This document shows, piece by piece, positions 56,588 through 63,985 of a stretch of DNA of 64,000 nt (its first letter is position 1; every line of letters begins with the position of its first letter). The notes beneath the pieces were generated by a model. That model was given only the letters and a program-made list of their open reading frames with translations, was not told the origin of the DNA and searched no databases. The stretch spans positions 64,001-128,000 of IMG/VR virus record IMGVR_UViG_3300045988_171772, one strand, 5' to 3'. Both the position numbers and the translations under genes were made by a program. The stretch comes from a virus.

Positions 56588-57055
56588 TTGGATCCAATAT
56601 CAATATCTCGGCTTTCTGCATATGCCTCCATGTACCAAACCAAAGATCTATGAATTACTACAGCTATCGGACAAGCCGGAACATGTCAACGGCTCTAGTC
56701 GGCAGGACATGGTGATCAACCGCCAGACGTTACAAAGCGATCCTGTAATTGCAATCACAGATACTATTCAAGGTTATCCTCATTCTCGTTTTCTAAGAAT
56801 AAGTGCAGCATGTCCCTAGGAGTAAAGAATGATAGAAGCACGAAAACCTAAGATAGACTTTTGGATATAACTATCACATGAGGTTGTGACTACCTAGTGT
56901 GATAGCTAGATATCATACATACATTCCCATTCTGTATAGGAAGAATTACGGTCCATCATAATGACCAAGTAAGTCTTTTTGAGACTTCTCAATCATTACC
57001 TTTTATGTTACACGTCGTTACCATTTTTAATCATGCTTACAGACGAGGCTAGAAA

Positions 57056-57068
57056 AACACCCTGATAA
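57056..57068 (+). promoter_or_regulatory. AACA-N6-TAA motif (candidate late-type promoter)
   Basis: GCTAGAAAAACACCCTGATAAAG, 37 nt before ATG 57106. Confidence 0.5.
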
Positions 57069-57105
57069 AGTTTAGCCTATACACACTAGATATGAGGTGA
57101 CGCAA

Positions 57106-60100
57106 ATGCTTTTTACTGCAGTTGCCAAGAATCGAGTGTATAAGAATCAAGGGATCATTCCTTTTCCCAAAGGTGCTCCTGTAGGTAGAGGAAATCTCTT
57201 ATTTTTGTGCGCTCCAGATGAAAATTCCTCATTCTCTTTGATCAAAAATCCCACTATGGGTTTGAGTGATGCCCGCTATATTCGATATACCGCCGATACA
57301 CGGTATGTCGGTAAAGTAGGAAATCGCAATATCAAAGAAAATCGTCTGAAGGTATTGAAAGATACTTTCACAGAGGAATTTTCTAATTCTGAAATGAATC
57401 TCATTCTCCCCGCTAAGCTGGAGACTGTGATCAAAACCAATTACAATCTCATCTATGACTTTAGTCATTGGAATCGAATCTTCTTCACCTATCGGAGAAC
57501 TGGTAAGGTAGAATTCCTTTGTCAGAAATACATCGAATTTCTGATGAAGGCTTTCAATCGTTCTGAGTTCTCCTCTTATAAGAAGACACTTGTCCTTCCT
57601 ATCAAGGATTGGATGAGTGCTTCTTCTACCCATGAGATTGGTATCACGAAAGCGTATATGGATACCCCGATTTCTATTCTATGTGCCTGTGCCTATCGTT
57701 TTTCTAATCTCATCAAGATGGTGGAGAATGTCGAAATCTATCTGGTAGATCCTACCAATGGAGAATTTCTTCTCTTAGATTCCTCTTTCTTCAATAAGAA
57801 GATGTATCCGAAACTGAAGAATCTCCTGGGTAGAATGACTGCTGTGAAATTCTCTAAAGCCGAAGAGGAAGTATCTGACTCCGAAGGTAATATCAAGGAT
57901 ACCGATATTGCCAAATTGGATAATCAGGTCAAGAATGAGGTTAAGGAGATTCGCCATAAAGAGAAGGTCAAAGAGATTACCAATGTAATCACCGTTGACC
58001 CCTCGAATGAGAATCCCAAACCCGTTCAGTCTTCTTCTCCTGCACCTGCTCCTGTATCTGCAGAGAAGCCTACCTTTGTCAAACCCGAAAAGAAGACGAA
58101 GAAGGAATCTGCAGAGGATGATCTCATTGACTTCTTACTCAGTGAGGATGAAAAGGTAGATCAGACAGTAGCAGACTCTGCAGAAGATACAGAGCCTGAG
58201 ACCAATCCCACGGATGAAGATTCTGAAGAGGATAATATCGATAATGATATTGAATCTGAGGTTGACTCAGTCGTCTATGATTCTGATGAGGATGCTTCCG
58301 AAGAAGATATCATTGATACAGCTGAAAAGAGAGTGAAAGAGAAGGTACTGATCACCAAATTCAAACCTGACTTTGATGAAAAGACCACGGCTCGTATTCG
58401 CTCTCTTATGGATACACAGGATTCTATCATGAATCAGACTGTGCAAGAAATGAAGAAGAAAATCGTTCCTCCTGCAAATCTTGCACCGTATATCAATACG
58501 ATGAATCCTACCATCCAGAAGCCTAAGGCTAAGAATTTCTATAAGCAATACAATGAAACCACTTTTGAGACGGATATCGATAAAGCGGTTGCTAGTCTTG
58601 CTAAGGCAGATTATCCTCTCTTTATCCAAAAGAAAGAAGTAGAAGATACGTCCGATCTCATGAATATGAAGAAGACGTACACTTACACCATGGCGGATAA
58701 AGATGGGCATACCCATATCATTGCCTTTGATGTACCTATCTTCTTGGAGGATCGATATATCTTCCTTGGTGGTAATAAGAAGGTCATTGAGAATCAGATG
58801 CTGATTCTTCCTATTCTCAAATCTGGTCCTGATGAAGTGCAGCTCGTTACTTGGTATAATAAGATTATCATGAAGCGTAGCAGCATGAAGATCGATCAGA
58901 AATCTGAGATCATCAAGAAGTATATTCTGAATCCTCAGAATACTTCTAGATTCAAGGTAAGAATCGGTAGCTGCCAGATGAAAAATAAAGGTACCGATAC
59001 TTCTCTGGACTATGATAACCTGGCTAAGAATATTACCGAATGCACCATCTATGGGAATCGGTTTATCTTCGATACTGCCTATCTTCTGGAGGAGTATAAC
59101 AAGGTACTATCTAAAAATGGTAAGAAACCTATTTCTTCTACCTATGATGCGAATGATGGACTCCTGGTTGGATATAATACCCAGTCTGGCGATCCTATCT
59201 ATGCAAAAGAGGAGAATGGAAAGGGCGTCAATGATATCATTTATAATCTCTTCAAACCCCAGGATATTGCAATTCTTAAAAAGTATACCGTGACTCCTAG
59301 AAGTCTGATGTATGCTCGAGGGAAGATGTACAACCACATGATTCCTATGGTTGGATTCATGTGCTTCTGTGTTGGTTTGACAGAGGTTATGAATAGAGCC
59401 AATATCAAGTATCAGGTTATTGAACCCAATACTAGGTATGATGTCTTGAATCAGAGTGTCATCAAATTCAAAGACAAATGGCTCCTTTGGGATCATTATC
59501 CCTTACATGCATCTTTGATCATGAATGGTCTGTATCAGTATGACTTCAGTAACTATACCCTTGCGGAAGCAGATGGTAAGGAACTGTGGAATGATATCAT
59601 GGCCAATACCTACAAATCTACTCAGGCACTTTTCGTATTGGAGCAATTCAAAGACTTCTTCATTGATCCTATCAGTGCAGAAGTATTGCGGGATATGAAT
59701 ATGCCTACTGATATCGTAGGTCTGATCATTGCTGCTTGTATTCTTCTGAATAACTCTTCTTCGGAGGATATTACAGATCCGAAGAACTTCCGTATTAGAT
59801 CCAATGAGATCTTTGTCCAGTTTATCTATACGGCAGTCGTCAGAGGATATCTGGAATATCGGAAGTCTATCTATAAGAAGAGACCTGTGAAGGTTACTGT
59901 CGATAGAAGCGTGGTATCGAAATCGATCTATGGATCTACAGACAAGACTGGGCATAAACTTCCTTCTTGTGCCATGATCGAAGATTCTTCTATTCTGAAT
60001 CCTGTATTGGAGATGGAAAAGAAAGGATCAGTCTCCTTCAAGGGTCCTTCTGGTATCGGATTGGAGCAGGCTCTTACATTGCCTAAGAGATCTTTCAATC

Positions 60101-61293
60101 CTGGTATGACTGGTACCATTGCGATCTCTACTTCTCCTGATAGAAATGTCGGTGTTTCTAGACAGCTTACACTGGATCCGAACATCGTCTCTGTCAGAGG
60201 ATACATTGGAGATCATGATGAGGATGCGATCCGGGATATGAAGGGAGCCAATCTCTTCTCTCCTGCTGAATTGCTTTCTCCTCCTGGTGCTATGCATGAT
60301 GATAGTCAGCGTACGGCTATGGCCTATAAGCAGACAAAGTACATGGTCTTGACGGAGGGATCTTCTCCTGTCTTGATGGGTAATAAGGTAGAAGCTGCAT
60401 TGCCCTACTACCTGTCTAGAGACTACACAGTCGTAGCACAAGAAGATGGTAAAGTGGCTGCCATTGAGAATGATCAGGTCATCATTCAGTACAAGAATGG
60501 TCGATATGATTCCTTCTCTCTGGTACCGAAACAGCAAAAGAACTCTGCGGGTGGTTTCTACATCGAAGCGTCTTTCCAGACAGATCTCAAAGTTGGAGAT
60601 AAAGTCAAGAAAGGTGAAGTCGTTGCCTATAACCCCAGAGCCTTTACCAAGAATAAAGATGATCTGAGTGCTTCTATGAATATCGGTGTCCTTTGTAAGA
60701 TGGCAATCTGTCCTACATTTGACGAATATGAAGACTCTGCTCCTATCACGACTGAGCTGTCTAAGAGACTTGCTACTGTCATGGTACATGAGCAGAGAGT
60801 AGTATTGTCTAAGGACGCCGTAGTCTATATGATGTCTAAGATTGGTCAGCATGTCGAAGTTGGTGATTCTCTCATTGAGTATGATAACTCCAATGAAGAT
60901 CCCACTATGGCAGAATTGTGGGCCAATATGGCAGAGACATATGGAGAAGCTCTTACAGATGTCGCCATTACCAAATTCAAGTCTGAATTCTCTGGTGAGA
61001 TTACCAATATCAAGATCTACTCTGCTGTGGATGGAGAAGAACTCTCTGACAAGTCTCTGAGAAAGATCGTCCAAGATTATTGGAATACCATCAAGAAGAG
61101 AAATAAGACTCTGGAAAAATACCGGAATCCCGATGATCCTAAGTTCATGCCTTGTGGACAGCAGATCACAGAAATTCCTGGTAAGGTAGAAGCAAAGTTT
61201 GGGAAAATCCTCGGCGAAAATGTCGGGGATGGTGTCCTCTTCTGCTTCTATATCAAACACAAAGATATCGTCAAGAAAGGCGATAAAGTCACT
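57106..61293 (+). CDS. multisubunit RNA polymerase beta-like subunit, exon 1
   Basis: ATG 57106 follows GAGGTGA. SFKGPSGIGLEQA...TGTIAISTSPDRNVGV resembles GPGGLTRERA...CPIETPEGPNIGL. Ends in ...KKGDKVT at 61293, the first half of the GDK..G.KG motif. Confidence 0.85.
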
Positions 61294-61633
61294 GAGAGAA
61301 AATGGCCGTTTAATTGGTGACTCTAAACCCATTTAACTGCTGGAATATCTCGCTAGGTCTTTACTACTCTAAGGAGTGATAATGTAAAGAATAGAGACAA
61401 TCAGCATCCAAGATCTTTCTTATATAAGAAGGATAAGGTTCATCGACTATCGAAAGCATAGTCTATAGAGAAATCTATAGACGAAGAAGCGAGTAGAGTA
61501 CCGAGTATCTTCCTACACATTGATTCTCTCCAAGAAGATACTTCTGGGAAAAGGTGGGCAATTCTATATCTGGTAACTAGGATATAGAATTGAAGATATA
61601 GTCAGGCCTCATAGAGATATGAGTGGAGAAAAG
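61294..61633 (+). ncRNA. group I self-splicing intron (ORF-less, 340 nt)
   Basis: P1: exon AGUCACU (61287-61293) pairs with GGUGACU (61316-61322), with a U.G pair at the splice site. P10: UAAUU (61311-61315) pairs with exon-2 AAUUA (61634-61638). R-like GUUCAUCGACUAU (61438-61450) and S-like AAGAUAUAGUC (61593-61603). Terminal G at 61633. Confidence 0.85.
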
Positions 61634-61846
61634 AATTATACGGCCTTGAAGGGTATCGTATCCAATGTCATTGATCCTGGATATGAACCTAGATCTGAAT
61701 ATAGACCCGATGAAGAGATCTCTATTCTGATGGCACCCGGAGCTGTTCTTGCTCGTAAGACTCCTTCGGTCATTCTCTCAATGTTTACCAATAAGGTGAT
61801 CATTGAATTGAAGAGACATCTAAAAGAAGACTATCTCGGGGAATAA
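61634..61846 (+). CDS. RNA polymerase beta-like subunit, exon 2
   Basis: NYTALKGIVSNV...ISILMAPGAVLARK continues GDKVT and so completes GDKxxxxxGxKG...(D)IVLNP.G.PSR. Stop at 61844-61846. Confidence 0.85.
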   Translation, partial: NYTALKGIVSNVIDPGYEPRSEYRPDEEISILMAPGAVLARKTPSVILSMFTNKVIIELKRHLKEDYLGE

Positions 61847-61853
61847 ATAAAAA

Positions 61854-61900
61854 GATAATAAGGAATGTATGCACAGACGCATACATTCCTTATTATATTA
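61854..61900 (+). terminator. hairpin terminator (18-bp perfect stem)
   Basis: ATAATAAGGAATGTATGC (61854-61871) pairs with GCATACATTCCTTATTAT (61878-61895). Confidence 0.7.
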
Positions 61901-62002
61901 ATAACCGACAATCATCCCACCGATGTATAATGTACCATTACCAGCATTATATGTTACATTCACATCATATTTATAGGTACCAGATTGTCTCTTTAAAGTA
62001 TT

Positions 62003-62024
62003 CTATAACTATAAATAGTTATAG
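62003..62024. promoter_or_regulatory. 22-bp palindrome CTATAACTAT-AA-ATAGTTATAG
   Basis: Perfect 10-bp inverted repeat with a 2-nt spacer. Same CTATA...TATAG frame as the palindrome at 62981-63002. Confidence 0.5.
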
Positions 62025-62117
62025 TGCCCTAGTTTATAAAGATAGAATTAGGGAGTAATTCCATAGTAAAGTAATGAGTAAATAGGAAAATGACAAAGTT
62101 TGAAAATCCTATATCTC

Positions 62118-62167
62118 GTTTTACATTTTGTCTGGTATGTTTTACAGAATGTCACATATATTTGACA
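62118..62167 (+). repeat. three 21-nt-phased GTTTTACA / ATTTGACA repeats
   Basis: GTTTTACA at 62118 and 62139, ATTTGACA at 62160. Spacing is exactly 21 nt. Confidence 0.6.
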
Positions 62168-62224
62168 TTTTAGAAATGGTAAAATGAGTAATTCTAAGAA
62201 GAATCTTGAAGTAATTCGAGTATA

Positions 62225-62288
62225 AATAGAATACCGAGTAATGATTCTAGATCTATTTCTGTCTAGTTTCATTACTCGGTATTCTATT
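62225..62288. repeat. nested long hairpin H2
   Basis: 20-bp perfect arms AATAGAATACCGAGTAATGA (62225-62244) and TCATTACTCGGTATTCTATT (62269-62288). The 24-nt loop contains a CTAGA/TCTAG stem. Confidence 0.85.
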
Positions 62289-62378
62289 ATCCATGTGATT
62301 ATTAACCTCCAATTTAGAAAATTAAAGATTGGAGAGTGATACCAATAAGATATCTCTCGAAAACACTTTAACTTCCTT

Positions 62379-62430
62379 AAAGAAGGTGTACCTGGAGGAT
62401 TGAATCTCCAAATGGTGCACCTTCTTTTTA
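62379..62430 (+). terminator. intrinsic terminator T1 (homologous to T2 at 62911)
   Basis: AAAGAAGGTGTACC (62379-62392) pairs with GGTGCACCTTCTTT (62414-62427), then a T-run. Confidence 0.75.
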
Positions 62431-62457
62431 TCGATTTGAAAAGTCAGAGATATTTCT

Positions 62458-62468
62458 CTATATATTAT
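62458..62468 (+). promoter_or_regulatory. CTATATATTAT motif (candidate early-type promoter)
   Basis: TTTCTCTATATATTATTCC, 79 nt before ATG 62548. Confidence 0.5.
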
Positions 62469-62547
62469 TCCTATGATTATGATGAGTCAAATTAGCCATG
62501 GATTAACCTCGCTTTTGTAATTTAATGAACATTTGGAGGAAATACCT

Positions 62548-62835
62548 ATGACAAATGACATCTGTAGATTTTCAACTAAATATGATATCACCAATATCAT
62601 ATATTCTATAGATCCTGATTATGAGAAGACGCATAATCGGGAGATATACCTTATATGGTATTATGGTCGGGAGATTCTCCCAGGTCATGTAAACTTTGAG
62701 TATACCAAAGGAACGAATCAGCTGTACCTGATTCCAACCTATTATAGAAATCCTGAATTTAGAAAATTGTGTCACCAATTTCCTGGGTTTATGGATCTTT
62801 ATAATGATACTCTTAGAAGATATAACTTAAGTTGA
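62548..62835 (+). CDS. hypothetical protein
   Basis: ATG 62548 follows TTGGAGGAAA. 95 aa. Confidence 0.6.
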   Translation: MTNDICRFSTKYDITNIIYSIDPDYEKTHNREIYLIWYYGREILPGHVNFEYTKGTNQLYLIPTYYRNPEFRKLCHQFPGFMDLYNDTLRRYNLS

Positions 62836-62910
62836 TGCACAATCTATCTGTCAAGTATTCTTCAAAAATGCCATTAACGTTAAAAAGCGATTGAGCAACT
62901 CATCATAATT

Positions 62911-62962
62911 AAAGAAGGTGTACCAGATGGATTACTATCCCAATGGTATGCCTTCTTTTTTA
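62911..62962 (+). terminator. intrinsic terminator T2 (homologous to T1)
   Basis: AAAGAAGGTGTACC (62911-62924) pairs with GGTATGCCTTCTTT (62945-62958), then TTTTTT. Confidence 0.75.
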
Positions 62963-62980
62963 TTTTATAAACCTAGTGGA

Positions 62981-63002
62981 CTATAGTAATTTATTACTAT
63001 AG
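62981..63002. promoter_or_regulatory. 22-bp palindrome CTATAGTAAT-TT-ATTACTATAG
   Basis: Perfect 10-bp inverted repeat with a 2-nt spacer, about 100 nt upstream of gene 63106. Overlaps direct repeat DR1. Confidence 0.5.
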
Positions 63003-63105
63003 ATATAGAAGAGGGAGATTACTATAATCACTATGGGGATCGTTATTATAGTAATCCCTCTCTTCTCATTGATTTGTATATTCCTAACTAGATTGTGAGG
63101 GATCT

Positions 63106-63609
63106 TTGAAGTTGGCTACTTATGTAAGAAAACTCAAGGATCGTAGTGGGAATTATATAGTACCTGCAACTCGATCTACGGGAGTGTATCTGAATGACAA
63201 TCAGACATTACAGGGTTGGATAGACAATATGGAAGATAAGAAGTTTGATCTTCTTACTGTCTATCCTGTAGGCGCTATCTTTCAATCTACTTCTGATGGA
63301 GTTGTCCAAACCGGTGGTGAGGCATCTCATACATTAACAACTTGGGAAATGCCTACTCATAATCACGGATTTGTCAATAACTCATACACACTTGGTAATG
63401 GCGGGACTGGATGGGAAGGAGATTTGAATCTGGTTATTGGTGGTCATGAAGACTATATCGTATGCTTCAAGACTGGACCTCTTGGAAGACCTAATGCGGC
63501 ATTCGCATCTTCATCTCAGCATAATCATACCATTGATGGTGGTAATGGAGGAGCTCATAATAACCTACCTCCCTATTATGCAGTGAATAACTGGAGAAGG
63601 ACTGCATAA
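63106..63609 (+). CDS. tail-collar-domain (tail fibre / MdpB-like) protein
   Basis: 167 aa. SHTLTTWEMPTHNH and GGAHNNLPPYYAVNNWRRT are the hallmark tail-collar motifs. TTG start is uncertain (63106 or 63112). Confidence 0.75.
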   Translation: MKLATYVRKLKDRSGNYIVPATRSTGVYLNDNQTLQGWIDNMEDKKFDLLTVYPVGAIFQSTSDGVVQTGGEASHTLTTWEMPTHNHGFVNNSYTLGNGGTGWEGDLNLVIGGHEDYIVCFKTGPLGRPNAAFASSSQHNHTIDGGNGGAHNNLPPYYAVNNWRRTA

Positions 63610-63645
63610 TAGACTTCAATTCTTCTATATAATATAAGAGAGATC

Positions 63646-63705
63646 ATACCCACAAAGATACTAGAGATATATTTACTATCCTAGGTCTTTGTGGGTATAA
63701 TTCAT
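63646..63705 (+). terminator. hairpin terminator
   Basis: ATACCCACAAAGA (63646-63658) pairs with TCTTTGTGGGTAT (63686-63698). Confidence 0.6.
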
Positions 63706-63746
63706 TTGAGGTGAAATCTGATTCGATGCAAACTCAAGGGAAAACT

Positions 63747-63822
63747 TGGAGCTAGTGACAGGAATCGAACCTGCAACCTGCTGATTACAAATCAGCTGCA
63801 CTGCCAATTGTGCTACACTAGC
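63747..63822 (-). tRNA. tRNA-Thr (anticodon UGU), CCA encoded
   Basis: Minus strand reads GCTAGTG-TA-GCAC-AATTGGCA-GTGC-A-GCTGA-TTTGTAA-TCAGC-AGGTT-GCAGG-TTCGATT-CCTGT-CACTAGC-T-CCA. Full cloverleaf, 76 nt. Confidence 0.9.
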
Positions 63823-63844
63823 ATCTCTCTATCTATCCAATCAG

Positions 63845-63857
63845 ATTAATTATATAG
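63845..63857 (-). promoter_or_regulatory. CTATATAATTAAT variant motif upstream of the tRNA
   Basis: Minus strand reads GATATACTATATAATTAATCTG and ends 22 nt before the tRNA 5' end. Confidence 0.35.
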
Positions 63858-63930
63858 TATATCATTTCTTTGAGGTTTATTATACTAAACTTAGTGGACT
63901 ATAGACGAACTGCGTAATGGCATTATAAAA

Positions 63931-63985
63931 AAGAATGGATACCTGGTAAGTATCCTATACCAAGTACCCATTCTTTTTATTTTTA
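63931..63985. terminator. intrinsic terminator
   Basis: AAGAATGGATAC (63931-63942) pairs with GTACCCATTCTT (63964-63975), one mismatch. A-run before, TTTTTATTTTT after. Confidence 0.65.

Noticed and set aside
56556-56819. 87-aa plus-strand ORF in the 56-kb region
   Set aside because: It has no SD and no motif. It overlaps the end of the equally doubtful minus-strand ORF. I kept only the compositional anomaly as a finding.
62048-62272. 74-aa minus-strand ORF in the 62-kb non-coding block
   Set aside because: It has no SD and an implausible Arg/Tyr/Ile/Cys-rich sequence. It runs through the iteron and hairpin region, which is better explained as regulatory DNA.
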